Counted from the stretch's first letter, positions 30,536-40,875 are shown. The stretch is 64,000 bases of DNA from Candidatus Entotheonellaceae bacterium (GCA_965238075.1 OZ250173.1:1312001-1376000); one strand, 5' to 3'. The notes: generated by a model from the letters alone, not told the origin. Made by a program: numbers and translations.

Positions 30536-30894
30536 GACGCTTCGGGCATCCCCTTTTCCCGCCAGCCGATGAAGCCGCCGATCAGATAATGCACGTTGGT
30601 GTAACCCATCTGCTGCAAGGTCTGTCCTGCCAGGACAGCACGATTCTCGCCGCCTCAATGGGTCACGATGGGCGTGTTCTTGTCGGGGACGGTTTCCTCC
30701 ATGCGGCCCTCGATGAACCCCCGGGCCAGCCACGTCGCCTGCGGAATGTGGCCGTCGTCCCACTCGGCCCGCTCCCTGACGTCCACCACCACAACGCCCT
30801 CGCCCCCGTCCAGTTGGGCGCTGAGGTCGGTTTGGCTGAGGCCGGGCACGACGCGCCGGGCTGCCTCGATCATTTCTCGTCCTGTCATGGCCAT
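30532..30894 (-). CDS. Single-domain rhodanese, probable selenoprotein (UGA at active-site position)
   Basis: VVDVRERAEWDDGHIPQA..PIVTH-TGA-GGENRAVLAGQTLQQMGYTNVHYLIGGFIGW; read-through ends in an ATGA overlap with the PPIase start. Confidence 0.85.
30622..30638 (-). promoter_or_regulatory. Putative bacterial SECIS hairpin
   Basis: mRNA CUGUCCU-GGC-AGGACAG, stem begins 16 nt after the UGA, G-containing apical loop. Confidence 0.7.
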
Positions 30895-30914
30895 GCTGAG
30901 TTCTCCTGTAAATG

Positions 30915-30985
30915 CAGTGTCCAGTGGTTAGTGGCTAGTGAAATCTGGGTTTGCTGACCGCTAATCACTGGTCACCAGCCACTGA
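30915..30985. repeat. Inverted short heptamer-like tandem repeats (AGTGG.T / ACCA.T type)
   Basis: CAGTGTCCAGTGGTTAGTGGCTAGTG ... CTAATCACTGGTCACCAGCCACTG; related to 35210-35312. Confidence 0.55.
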
Positions 30986-30996
30986 TTTTTTCCGCC

Positions 30997-31746
30997 TCAA
31001 GCCAGGTTGCTGCCGCCGTCGAGCACCACCACCTGACCGGTAATCAGGTCGGCACGGATCAGGCCCATGACCAGATCGGCCACGTCTTCCGGCTGGCAGA
31101 CGTTCTTCAGAGGCGACCTCTCGGTGGCACCCTGCTTCACGGTCTCGTACTCCTCGCGGGCCTGCCACCAGCGGGTGTCGATGAAGCCGGGCGCGATGGA
31201 ATTGATGCGAATGGCCGGCCCCAGGGCGCGCGCCAGGGCAATGGTCATGGTGTTCAGTCCGGCCTTGGAGGCCAGATAGGGCACCGAGCTACCCACGCCG
31301 TATACCCCGGCCACGCTGGAGATATTGACCACCACGCCGCCGTCGCGCTCCAGGTGGGGCCGCGCCGCGCGGATGACGTAGAACGGGCCTTTAAGATTAA
31401 CGTCCAGAATCCTGTCCCAATCCTCGTCCTGCACCGCCTCCAGGTCGCCGTGCGGGATGAACGACGTCGCCCCGGCATTGTTGACCAGCACGTTCAAGCC
31501 GCCGAGGGTGTCGGCCACCTGCTGCACCATATTCCGCACGGCAGCGTCGTCACCCACGTCGCCCTTGACCGCCATGGCCCGCACGCCCGTTTCCCGCAGC
31601 GCCTCCGCGGTGGCCATCGCCTGCCCCTCCGAGCGCGAGTAATTCACCGCCACGTGGCAGCCCTCGTGCGCCAAGGCAAACGCGATCGCCCGACCGGCGC
31701 CAACGCCGCCGCCGGTAACGAGGGCGATCTTGTCTTTTACCTGCAT
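30997..31746 (-). CDS. Short-chain dehydrogenase/reductase
   Basis: VTGGGVGAG, VNNAG, YLASK, IAPGFIDT. Confidence 0.95.
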   Translation of the reverse strand: MQVKDKIALVTGGGVGAGRAIAFALAHEGCHVAVNYSRSEGQAMATAEALRETGVRAMAVKGDVGDDAAVRNMVQQVADTLGGLNVLVNNAGATSFIPHGDLEAVQDEDWDRILDVNLKGPFYVIRAARPHLERDGGVVVNISSVAGVYGVGSSVPYLASKAGLNTMTIALARALGPAIRINSIAPGFIDTRWWQAREEYETVKQGATERSPLKNVCQPEDVADLVMGLIRADLITGQVVVLDGGSNLA

Positions 31747-31882
31747 GCTCTCCTCCTGTGTGAATTATGGCATCGGTCGATCATGGCTACCGTCCTGACA
31801 GAGCGTTCAGTCTCGAGCGGCTGGGGTGTTTGGGGGTAGGCAGGCGGGGTGCGGCGGCCTGTGGAGCCGCCGCGGTCAGAGG

Positions 31883-32419
31883 TCAGGAATTCTCTTTCAG
31901 GAATAGGATGATCTTGCGGCGAATTTCGGAATCGTCTTGCTTGTAATACATGCGCACGCCGGGCACCCACGCCTGGGTGCTGGTGATCCAGACGTCGAGG
32001 GTACTGGAGTTCCAGATCATGCCGCGCAGAACGCCCAGAAAGGCTTCGGAATAGTTGTAACTTTCGACGGTGCCGGCCGGCCGGCCGTACACGCCGGTCA
32101 AGTTGGGGCCGAAGGGCGGCGCAATCGCCATGCGCTCACCAGCCAGACCGGCGACCTTGACACCGGCGGGCGTATCCGTCACGGCGTCGGGATGCAGGTC
32201 CATGGCCAGCCGCACGGCATGATGCAGCGGCAACGGGGCCGGTGCGTGCTCAGCAGCCTTAGCCCTCTCGACTTGCACGCCCACGAGGCCGTGACAGACG
32301 CCGCAATGCCTGTCATACAGCCCCTCCGCCTCTACCAATTCGGCGGCCAGGTCCTCGGCGAGCGCCGCCGGGGCCACGGCCAGTAGTGTGATAAGGACAA
32401 ATCCCAAGATGCGGGACAT
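31883..32419 (-). CDS. Class I c-type cytochrome (c2-like) with internal insertion
   Basis: Signal peptide, CGVCH, GPNLTGVYGRPAG, YNYSEA, VPGVRM. Confidence 0.85.
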   Translation of the reverse strand: MSRILGFVLITLLAVAPAALAEDLAAELVEAEGLYDRHCGVCHGLVGVQVERAKAAEHAPAPLPLHHAVRLAMDLHPDAVTDTPAGVKVAGLAGERMAIAPPFGPNLTGVYGRPAGTVESYNYSEAFLGVLRGMIWNSSTLDVWITSTQAWVPGVRMYYKQDDSEIRRKIILFLKENS

Positions 32420-32636
32420 ACGTTAACCTCCCTTGCCTGAACCTCAATTCGCTGTGCACATCGGGCTCTGAAATCGCCGGAAGTGTAGCACCGCGGAAAG
32501 GCCGTGCAAAGCCAAAAGTAACGGCTTGCGTTGAGACGGCGCCGCGTTGAGACGACGGGCGTTTATGATATAACAGGGCGACGGGTCGGCTTGGCGGCGG
32601 CCGGGTCGCATACCGTACACGAAGGAGGGGTTGGGC

Positions 32637-33923
32637 ATGGCCAAGTCGGCCGCGGCCGGCATGATTGCGTCGCTTATCACCGCGCTGTGCATCGCCAGCG
32701 CCGGTGCGCAGGAACGGCGGCTGACACTGACCGAGGCAATCAACTTGGCGATGGCCCACAATCCTGCTCTGGCGGTGGAGCGCCACGGCATGGACATTGC
32801 CGGCGGCGAGGTCACCAAGGCGCAAATCTACCCGCACAATCCCGAACTCGAAGTCTCCCCCGCCCTTGGGGGCGATTACCATCCGTCGGCTCCCGGACTG
32901 AAATTCGCCTACGACGCCCAGGTCGGGGTGTCGCAGGTGGTGGAACTCAAGAATCAGGGAGCTATTCGCCTGCGGCGGGCGAAGGCGCTGGCCGATCAGG
33001 CATCGTGGCAGGTGCGCGACGCCGAGCGCGGCGTGCGGGTACAAGTGCTGCGCGCCTTCAGCGCCGTGTTGTTGTCGCAGCGGCGCGTGCGGCTGGCGGG
33101 CGAGACCGTTGACCTGAGTCGCGAGTTGCTGCGGGTGGCCAGAGAGTTATATGAGGCCGGCCACGTGCCGCGCCTCGACGCCCTGCGCGCCGAGGTGGAA
33201 GAACGCCTGGCGGTTAACGAACAGACCGCCGCGCAGCGCGCGTTGACGGGCCTGAAGCGCGACCTCCTTCTGCTCATGGGGCAGCCGTCCGACCTGCCGT
33301 TCGAGGCCGTCGGCCCCCTGGCCTACGGCCCCCTGGCCATCGTCGAGCGCGCCCTGGCCGAGAACGCCCTGAGCGTGCGCCCAGACGTCAAGGCCGTCGA
33401 AGCCGGTTTGCAGGCCACCGAGGCCGAGGCCGCCCTGGTGCAGGCGGAGCAGACGTTCCCCGCCGTCAATCTGTCGGTCCACTACGAGTTTAGCCGCGAA
33501 GCCGAGGCGCGCCAGCACCGCGCCGTCCTTGGCCTGGCGGTGCCGCTGCCGGTGTTCAATCGCCGCGAAGGCGACCTCGAGATTGCCATGGCGCGGCGCT
33601 CCCGGCAGGCGGCGCGCCTCGAGCTGGTCAAGGCCACCATCAGCGCCCAGGTCGACCAGGCGCTGGAACGGTTTCGCGCCTCGCGCCGCATCGTGGAGCA
33701 GTTCACCCGGCACATCCTGCCGCAGCAGCAGGACAATTTCGAGATGCTGCGCGAGGGCTACCAGCTCGGCCAGTTCACCCTCACGGAGGTGCTGGTGATG
33801 CAGCGCGAATTCATCCAGGGCCGCTCGCGCTACCTCGACGCCATCGCGGAATTCAACGCCGCGCTCGTCGATCTGGAAGCCGCCGGCGGCGCCGCCGTCA
33901 TCGACATCAACCGCAAGCCCTGA
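32637..33923 (+). CDS. TolC/CzcC-family outer membrane factor
   Basis: LTLTEAINLAMAHNP, RPDV, AVPLPVFNR, YQLGQFTLTEVL. Confidence 0.92.
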   Translation: MAKSAAAGMIASLITALCIASAGAQERRLTLTEAINLAMAHNPALAVERHGMDIAGGEVTKAQIYPHNPELEVSPALGGDYHPSAPGLKFAYDAQVGVSQVVELKNQGAIRLRRAKALADQASWQVRDAERGVRVQVLRAFSAVLLSQRRVRLAGETVDLSRELLRVARELYEAGHVPRLDALRAEVEERLAVNEQTAAQRALTGLKRDLLLLMGQPSDLPFEAVGPLAYGPLAIVERALAENALSVRPDVKAVEAGLQATEAEAALVQAEQTFPAVNLSVHYEFSREAEARQHRAVLGLAVPLPVFNRREGDLEIAMARRSRQAARLELVKATISAQVDQALERFRASRRIVEQFTRHILPQQQDNFEMLREGYQLGQFTLTEVLVMQREFIQGRSRYLDAIAEFNAALVDLEAAGGAAVIDINRKP

Positions 33924-33946
33924 CGCGAACACGGCGGGGGAAACCC

Positions 33947-35206
33947 ATGGCCAAAAACGTTGCGATTATCGTCCTGGCAGGCCTTCTGCTGGTGGTTGCC
34001 GGGTTGTGGGTTGCCAGCAATCCGCAATGGTTCGCTGACCTGCAGGACGCCGACGAGTCGCCCCGCCTCGCGCCGGACCGGCATAACGACGATGACGACG
34101 AACACGAGGAAGACGCCGCGGAAGGCATTGCACTCACCCCCGAGGAGGTGGAGCGTCTCGGCCTGCAGACTGCTGGCGTCGAGCCGCACGTGATCGAAGA
34201 AACGGTCACCGTCAACGGCGTTATCCGGCCTATTCCCGACCTGTTGGCATCTGTCAGCAGCCGTGTGGCCGGCAAGGTCACTCGCGTTGTCGGCAACGTC
34301 GGCGATACGGTGCAGGAGGGCCAGACCCTGGCCGAGTTGCGCAGCACGGCCCTGGAGGCGTTGCAGGCCGAGTTGCAGACCGAGGTGCTGCAAGCCCACA
34401 ACCGTCTGCAGCTCGCCACTGCCGACCTGGCGCGCCTCACGTATCTCGTCGAGCGCGGCATCGGCGCCAAGCGCGTGCTGCTGCAAAAGGAGGCGGAGGT
34501 CAGCAGCATCAACGTGGAAATCGCCGGGCTCGAAAACCGCCTGCGCATCATCGGTCTGGAGCCGGCATCTGACGGCGCCTTGCCGGACGGTGACCAATCC
34601 GCCTCGCTCCTCACTCTGCGGGCGCCGCGCGCCGGCGTCATCATGCACCGCGACGTCACCCTCGGCGAGACCATCGACCCCGCCAAGGTGCTCTTCCGCA
34701 TCGCCGACATGCGGCGCGTTTACGCCGAGGGGGAGGCCTTTGAAATCGACGCCACCGCGCTTCGCAAGGGGCAGCCCGTGCGCGTGCAGATACCGGCCTA
34801 TCCTGGGCGTACCTTCGACGGCGAGATCGCCGGCATCAACTACGAGGTCGAGTCGGAGGACAAGACCGTTCCCTTCCGTGTCGAGATCGCCAACGATCCG
34901 CCGCACCCGCTGAAGTCCAACATGACCGCCATCCTCACGGTCACCGTCGGCAGCCGCGGCCACACCCTGGCGGTGCCGCACGCGGCGGTGATCAGCGACG
35001 GCGCCGAATCCGCCGTCTTCGTGCAGGAGAACGGCGCCTTCCACAAACGTACGGTGCTGCTCGGCATCCGCGACGACCGCTATGCCGAGGTGAAGAGCGG
35101 CCTGGAGGCTGGTGAGCAGGTGGTGACGACGGGCAAGCGGCAGCTTTACACCATCCTGCGGCTGGGCGGCGACACCGACGACCTCGAAGAGATGGGCGGC
35201 GATTAA
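33947..35206 (+). CDS. RND membrane fusion protein (CzcB/CusB-like)
   Basis: N-terminal TM, acidic/His patch HNDDDDEHEED, LRAPRAGVI, VPHAAVI, GLEAGEQVVT. Confidence 0.92.
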   Translation: MAKNVAIIVLAGLLLVVAGLWVASNPQWFADLQDADESPRLAPDRHNDDDDEHEEDAAEGIALTPEEVERLGLQTAGVEPHVIEETVTVNGVIRPIPDLLASVSSRVAGKVTRVVGNVGDTVQEGQTLAELRSTALEALQAELQTEVLQAHNRLQLATADLARLTYLVERGIGAKRVLLQKEAEVSSINVEIAGLENRLRIIGLEPASDGALPDGDQSASLLTLRAPRAGVIMHRDVTLGETIDPAKVLFRIADMRRVYAEGEAFEIDATALRKGQPVRVQIPAYPGRTFDGEIAGINYEVESEDKTVPFRVEIANDPPHPLKSNMTAILTVTVGSRGHTLAVPHAAVISDGAESAVFVQENGAFHKRTVLLGIRDDRYAEVKSGLEAGEQVVTTGKRQLYTILRLGGDTDDLEEMGGD

Positions 35207-35209
35207 CGG

Positions 35210-35312
35210 CAGTGGTCAGTGGCTAGTTGCCAGTGAAAGACCCGGGTTTGCTGGTCACTGGCCACGGACCACTGGTTTTTGCTGGCCACTGGCCGCTAGT
35301 CACTAACAACTG
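35210..35312. repeat. Inverted heptamer-like tandem repeats
   Basis: CAGTGGTCAGTGGCTAGTTGCCAGTG ... CTGGTCACTGGCCACGGACCACTG ... CTGGCCACTGGCCGCTAGTCACTAACAACTG. Confidence 0.6.
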
Positions 35313-35320
35313 GGTTTTCC

Positions 35321-38300
35321 ATGTTCAGCAAACTCATTCAGTGGTCCTTGGAGAATCGACTGGTGGTCGTCGTCGGCGTCATCGCCACCGCCGTCGCTGG
35401 CGTCATGGCGGCGCGCGACATCCACCTCGACGTGTTCCCGGACTTCGCGCCGCCGCAGGTGGTCATCCTGACGGAGGCGCCGGGGTTCTCGCCGGAAGAG
35501 GTGGAAACGCTGCTCGCCCTGCCCATCGAGGCCGCCCTGAACGGCACGCCCGACGTCGTCAGCGTGCGCTCGTCGGCCATCGTCGGCCTGTCCACCATCG
35601 TGGCGGTGTTCGAGTGGGGCACCGATCTCACCGTTGCGCGCCAGAAGGTTGCCGAGCGGCTGCGACAAGCCGAGCAGCAGTTGCCGGCGGGCGTCGAGGC
35701 GCCCGTCATGCTGCCGGTGGCGTCGGTCATGGGCCGCCTGCTGGAATACGGCCTCACCTACGAAGGCGACGACGACGCGGTATCCGAACTCGACCTGCGG
35801 ACCATCTGCGAATGGGACATCCGCAACCGCCTGCTGGCCGTTTCGGGTGTCGCCTCGGTGGTCTGCGTCGGCGGCGGCATCAAGCAGTACCAGGTGGTCG
35901 TCTCGCCCCGCCGGCTCAAGGCTTACAACCTCACCCTGCAAGAGGTCATCGAAGCCGTGGAGGCGGCCAACCTGAACCTGCCGGGCGGGGTGCTGCAAAC
36001 CTCCGACCAGGAATACATCGTCACCGGGCGTGGGCGCATCACCTCGCTGGAAGACCTGCGAAGCTCCGTCATCACGGTGCGGGGCGGCAACCCGATCACC
36101 ATTGCCCAGGTGGCCGAGGTGCGACTGGGCGCGGCGCCGAAACGCGGCGACGCCAGCCTGAACGGCGGCAAGCCGCTGGTGCTCGGCGCTGTCACCAAAG
36201 CCTTCGGCGCCGACACGCTGACCACCACCTACGAGGTCGAGGCGGCGCTCGACGAGATCGAGCAGACCCTGCCCGAGGGCGTCAAGCTGCACAAGGCGCT
36301 ATTCCGCCAGGCGACGTTCATCGAGGCCACCATCGAGAACCTGAGAGCGGCGCTGCTGCAGGGCGCCGGCATCGTCACCGTCGTCCTGTTCGTCTTTTTC
36401 CTCAGCTTCCGGCCCGCATTCATCAGCTTCCTGGCCATGCCGTTCTCCCTGCTGCTGGCGCTGATCGCGCTCAGGGCCCTGGACGTGGGGATCAATGCCA
36501 TGACCCTCGGCGGCATGTCGGTGGCTCTCGGCGGCGTGGTCGACGACGCCATCATCGACGTGGAGAACATCCTCCGGCGACTGCGCGAAAACCGTCAGCG
36601 CGGCACCCCCGAGCCGACCCTGCGGGTGATCTACCGAGCCTCGATGGAGATTCGCGCCTCCATCGTCTACGCGACCCTCATCACCATGGTCGTCTTTCTG
36701 CCGGTGTTCTTCCTGTCCGGCCCCGAAGGGCGCATTTTCACGCCGCTGGGGCTATCCTACTGCATCGCCCTCTTCGCCTCGCTGCTGGTCGCCTTCACGC
36801 AGACGCCGGTGCTGTGCTCGCTGTTTCTGACCGGCGGGCGGCTGCTGGACAAGGAAAGCGCCACCAGTGTCGGGCTGAAGAACGTCTACCGGCGGGTTCT
36901 GCAACCGGCGCTGCGGCACCCGTGGTGGGTGGTCGTGTGCGCCACGGCCATGCTGTGCGGCGCCGCGGCGCTGATCCCCTCGCTGGGGCGGGAATTCCTG
37001 CCGCACTTCCACGAGGGCAATTTCATCGTCGCCATGACGGCCCTGCCCGGCACTTCGCTGGAGGAATCCATGCGCCTCGGACGGCAGGTGCAGGAGCGGC
37101 TGCTGACCTATCCCGAGGTGGTGTCGGTGGTGCAGCGGGTCGGCATGGGCGAGGTTGGCGAGGAGGTGTCGCCGGTCAATTTCAGCGAGTTCGACATCAC
37201 CTTGCACTTTGCAGAGCGCGACCCCGAGGAGTTGGTGCAGGCCATCCGCGCCGATCTGGGCAAGCTGCCCGGTGTCGCCATCAGCGTCGGGCAGTTCATC
37301 GCACACCGCATGGACGAGGCGCTATCCGGCGTCACCGCCCAGATCGCCGTGAAGATTTTCGGCCCTGACCTCGGTGTCCTGTGGGAAAAGGGCCAGGAGG
37401 TGAGGGCCATCATGCGGCGCATCGAAGGCGTGACGGACCTCGAACTGGAGCCGCTCGTCAACGTGCCCATGGTAGCCGTCAAGGTGAACCGCACGAAAGC
37501 GGCCAGCTATGGTTTGCGGGCCGAGGACGTGTTGCGCGTCGTCGAGGTGTTCGGCAACGGCTACGTCGTTTCCCAGGTCATCGAGGGCCAGAAATCGTTT
37601 GATCTGGTGGTGCGGTTTGCGTCCACCGCGCCGCCCAGCCTGGAGACGCTGCGGGACGTGCTGCTGGACACGCCCAGCGGCGCCCGCGTGCCGCTGCGGC
37701 AGGTCGCCGACGTGTTCATCGAGGCGCGCCCGTATATTATCAATCGCGAGGACGTCATGCGCCGCATCGTGGCGCGCTGCAACGTCGAGGGCAGGGACCT
37801 CGGCAGCGTGGTTGACGACATGCGGGCGCGCATCACCGCCGGGGTGGACCTGCCGCCGGGGTACTTCGTGCAGTACGGCGGCCAGTTCGAGAGCCAGCAG
37901 AGAAGCCAGCAGATCATCACCTCGCTGGGTCTCGCCGCGGTGCTCCTCATCTTTCTGCTTCTCTATCAGGCCCTGGGATCGGGGAAGGCAGCGCTGCTGG
38001 TGATGGTCAACCTGCCGCTGGCGTTGATCGGCGGCGTCCTGGCGGTCTACTGGACCGACGGCGTGCTGAGCATTTCCTCCCTGATCGGCTTCGTGGCGGT
38101 GTTCGGCATTGCCACGCGCAACGGCATTATCCTGATTACGCACTGCCAGTATCTCATGCGCGAGGAGGGCCGGGCGGTGCACGAGGCGGTTCTGCAGGGC
38201 GCCCTGGACCGTCTGAGCCCGGTGCTGATGACCGCCTCGTCCACGGCGCTCGGGCTGTTCCCGCTGGTGATCGGCAGCCCCATCGGCAAGGAGCTGGAGC

Positions 38301-38440
38301 GCCCCCTGGCTTGGGTGATTCTGGGCGGCCTGGCCAGCTCGACGTTCCTGAACCTGATTGTGGTGCCAACGCTGGTACGGCGCTTCGGCCTGGGCGGCGG
38401 GCCGGTGCGGCAGGCGGAGATGAACCTTGAAAAGGTCTGA
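35321..38440 (+). CDS. CusA/CzcA-family heavy-metal RND permease
   Basis: DVFPDFAPPQV, NAMTLGG..VVDDAIIDVEN, GIATRNGI, RLSPVLMTA; 1039 aa. Confidence 0.96.
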   Translation: MFSKLIQWSLENRLVVVVGVIATAVAGVMAARDIHLDVFPDFAPPQVVILTEAPGFSPEEVETLLALPIEAALNGTPDVVSVRSSAIVGLSTIVAVFEWGTDLTVARQKVAERLRQAEQQLPAGVEAPVMLPVASVMGRLLEYGLTYEGDDDAVSELDLRTICEWDIRNRLLAVSGVASVVCVGGGIKQYQVVVSPRRLKAYNLTLQEVIEAVEAANLNLPGGVLQTSDQEYIVTGRGRITSLEDLRSSVITVRGGNPITIAQVAEVRLGAAPKRGDASLNGGKPLVLGAVTKAFGADTLTTTYEVEAALDEIEQTLPEGVKLHKALFRQATFIEATIENLRAALLQGAGIVTVVLFVFFLSFRPAFISFLAMPFSLLLALIALRALDVGINAMTLGGMSVALGGVVDDAIIDVENILRRLRENRQRGTPEPTLRVIYRASMEIRASIVYATLITMVVFLPVFFLSGPEGRIFTPLGLSYCIALFASLLVAFTQTPVLCSLFLTGGRLLDKESATSVGLKNVYRRVLQPALRHPWWVVVCATAMLCGAAALIPSLGREFLPHFHEGNFIVAMTALPGTSLEESMRLGRQVQERLLTYPEVVSVVQRVGMGEVGEEVSPVNFSEFDITLHFAERDPEELVQAIRADLGKLPGVAISVGQFIAHRMDEALSGVTAQIAVKIFGPDLGVLWEKGQEVRAIMRRIEGVTDLELEPLVNVPMVAVKVNRTKAASYGLRAEDVLRVVEVFGNGYVVSQVIEGQKSFDLVVRFASTAPPSLETLRDVLLDTPSGARVPLRQVADVFIEARPYIINREDVMRRIVARCNVEGRDLGSVVDDMRARITAGVDLPPGYFVQYGGQFESQQRSQQIITSLGLAAVLLIFLLLYQALGSGKAALLVMVNLPLALIGGVLAVYWTDGVLSISSLIGFVAVFGIATRNGIILITHCQYLMREEGRAVHEAVLQGALDRLSPVLMTASSTALGLFPLVIGSPIGKELERPLAWVILGGLASSTFLNLIVVPTLVRRFGLGGGPVRQAEMNLEKV

Positions 38441-38808
38441 ATAAGTCTGCAAATTCCGGGGGCCGTGTATTCATACCTCCTCACCCCGGCGAAAGCCGGA
38501 GGGTGGATGGCCCCCCGTTCAAGCCGGGGGCAGGCTCTGCAGGCTACCTGTAGGGTAATGAAAACGGGTCCCTCAGCGCCCTCCGCCCCCCTGACAAGGG
38601 GGGTTGGGGGGTTACATGTTCCCCCGGGCGGGCCTCGTGCCTGCCCTGTGAGTTCCCGCCTATGCGGGACAATGGGCATCCACAAGGGGTGCCCCTACCC
38701 CGTCCTGTGGGCTCCCGCCTGTGAGGCTATGACGGTCGGGGGCATGAGCACCGGACGGTCTATTTTCACGGTAATGCCACAAGGCATCTTTTCACTCTGG
38801 GAGGAGCT

Positions 38809-39762
38809 ATGGAAACAGTCGGATTTATCGGTCTGGGCAACATGGGCATGGGCATGGCGGCGAATATCCAGAAGGCTGATTACCCATTGGTGGTGTACGA
38901 CGTTCGGCAGGCCGCCACGCAGCCGTTCGTGACCGCCGGGGCGCGTCAGGCCGGCTCGGCCGCCGAGGTGGCGCGCATGAGCGATGTTGTTCTTACGTCG
39001 CTGCCCGGCCCCAAGGAGGTCGAAGCGGTGGCGCTCGGCGCCGACGGCGTGCTGGCGGGCATCCGCGAGGGCGGCATTTACGTGGACCTGTCCACCAGCC
39101 GGCCGACGCTCATCCGCCAAATCGAGCCGCAGTTTCGCGCCAAAGGGGCGCACGTGCTGGACGCGCCGGTAAGCGGCGGCAAGAGCGGCGCGGCGTCGCG
39201 CAACCTGGCGGTGATGGTCGGCGGCGAGCGAGAGATATTCGAGCGCATCAAACCGCTGCTGGACGCCTTTGGCGACAAGGTGTTCTACGCCGGAAGCATC
39301 GGCGCCGGCAGCGTTTGCAAGCTGGTGCACAACATGATCGGCCACGGCGTGCGGCAGGCCATCGCCGAGGGCCTGACCCTGGGGGTGAAGGCCGGCGTCG
39401 AGGCCGAGGCGCTGTGGCAGTGCGTGCGGCGCGGCGCCCTGGGCCGCATGAGCAGCCTGCACGAGGGCATGCCGCGCACGGTGTTCCGCGGCACCTTCGA
39501 GCCGCCCAGCTTTTTGCTGTCTTTGGCTCGCAAGGACATCTCGCTGGCCACCGAGCTGGGCCGCGAGTTCGACGTGCCGATGCCGGTGGCCAACCTCGCC
39601 GAGCAACTGTGCATCGAGGGCCTCAACCGCGGCTGGGCGGACCTGGACAGCAGCATCACCTTCCTGCTGCAGGAGGAGGCCGCCGGGGTGGAAGTGCGCG
39701 CCCCGCAGGTCGATGTGGAACGCGCTGCGCGGTTCATCTCGACGCACCCGGACGCCGAGTGA
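38809..39762 (+). CDS. 3-hydroxyisobutyrate dehydrogenase-family NAD(P) oxidoreductase
   Basis: GFIGLGNMGMGMA, LDAPVSGG, GAGSVCKLVHN. Confidence 0.93.
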   Translation: METVGFIGLGNMGMGMAANIQKADYPLVVYDVRQAATQPFVTAGARQAGSAAEVARMSDVVLTSLPGPKEVEAVALGADGVLAGIREGGIYVDLSTSRPTLIRQIEPQFRAKGAHVLDAPVSGGKSGAASRNLAVMVGGEREIFERIKPLLDAFGDKVFYAGSIGAGSVCKLVHNMIGHGVRQAIAEGLTLGVKAGVEAEALWQCVRRGALGRMSSLHEGMPRTVFRGTFEPPSFLLSLARKDISLATELGREFDVPMPVANLAEQLCIEGLNRGWADLDSSITFLLQEEAAGVEVRAPQVDVERAARFISTHPDAE

Positions 39763-40655
39763 CCGCGATACGTGACGTCGTCGATACCTTCGGGCGCACC
39801 GTGCGGCTGTCGGACGACCCGCAGCGCCTCGTTTCCCTCGTGCCCAGCATCACGGAGACCCTGTTCGACTTTGGCCGCGGCGAGCAGGTCGTGGCGCTGA
39901 CCGATTACTGCACGGAGCCGGCCGCCGGAGTGGCCGGCAAGACGACTATCGGCGGCACCAAGAACCCGGACGTGGCGGCCATCATCGACCTGCAGCCGGA
40001 CTTGGTGCTGGCGGTGGCCGAGGAGAACCGCCGCGGCGACGTCGACCAACTGGCGGCGGCCGGCGTGCCGGTGTACGTCTTCGAGCCGCGCAGCGTGCGG
40101 GACGGCGTCGACCTTCTGTGGCGTGTCGCCGAGCTGCTCGGCTGCCGCACAGAGGTCGCCGGGCGCATCGAAGCCATCGAACACGACCTCGCCGACACCG
40201 AAGCCGTGGCCGCTGCACGGCCGCGCGTGCGGGTGTTCTGTCCGATCTGGAAGGACCCGTACATGACCATCAACCACGACACCTACATCCACGCCATGCT
40301 CACGGCGTGCGGCGGCGACAACGTCTTTGCCGACCGCCAGCGGCGCTTCCCGCTCGCCGCCGACCTCAGCCGCCGGCCCGCAGCCGACGGCGAGCGCCAC
40401 GAGGCGCGCGACCGCCGCTATCCGCGCCTCACGCTGGACGAAATGGCCGCCCACCGCCCCGACGTCATTCTGCTGCCGGATGAACCCTACCCGTTCAGCG
40501 CCGTCGACCTACCCGATTTCGCCCCGTTCGCCGACGTGCCGGCGGTGCGCGACGGACGCGTTCACCTCATCGACGGCAAGATTGTCAGCTGGTACGGCCC
40601 GCGCATCGGGCGCAGCCTGCACACCTTGCGCCGCTTGTTGCACCCTGGGGTATAA
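39759..40655 (+). CDS. BtuF-like helical-backbone metal/cobalamin binding protein
   Basis: RLVSLVPSITETL, GGTKNPD, EENR, WKDPYM, LPDEPYPF, SWYGPR; GTG overlaps the upstream stop. Confidence 0.88.
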   Translation: MTAIRDVVDTFGRTVRLSDDPQRLVSLVPSITETLFDFGRGEQVVALTDYCTEPAAGVAGKTTIGGTKNPDVAAIIDLQPDLVLAVAEENRRGDVDQLAAAGVPVYVFEPRSVRDGVDLLWRVAELLGCRTEVAGRIEAIEHDLADTEAVAAARPRVRVFCPIWKDPYMTINHDTYIHAMLTACGGDNVFADRQRRFPLAADLSRRPAADGERHEARDRRYPRLTLDEMAAHRPDVILLPDEPYPFSAVDLPDFAPFADVPAVRDGRVHLIDGKIVSWYGPRIGRSLHTLRRLLHPGV

Positions 40656-40707
40656 TCCCGCCCTGAGGCGTTTGATAAGTAACCTGAACTTGCGGTGGCG
40701 CCTGATT

Positions 40708-40838
40708 TCCCCCTCACCCCAACCCTCTCCCACGAGGGGAGAGGGAGCAAAAAATTCCCGCCCCTCGTGAAGGGGATGACTGAGGAAGCAGCGGTCCCCT
40801 CCCCCCTTTGCGGGGGAGGGCTAGGGAGAGGGGGTGAA
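40708..40838. repeat. REP-like palindromic repeats, family A
   Basis: CCCCCTCACCCCAACCCTCTCCCACGAGGGAGAGGG and CCCTCCCCCCTTTGCGGGGGAGGGCTAGGGAGAGGGG. Confidence 0.75.
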
Positions 40839-40875
40839 GGCACGACCGAACCTGCAGATCGGAAAGGGAATCACG

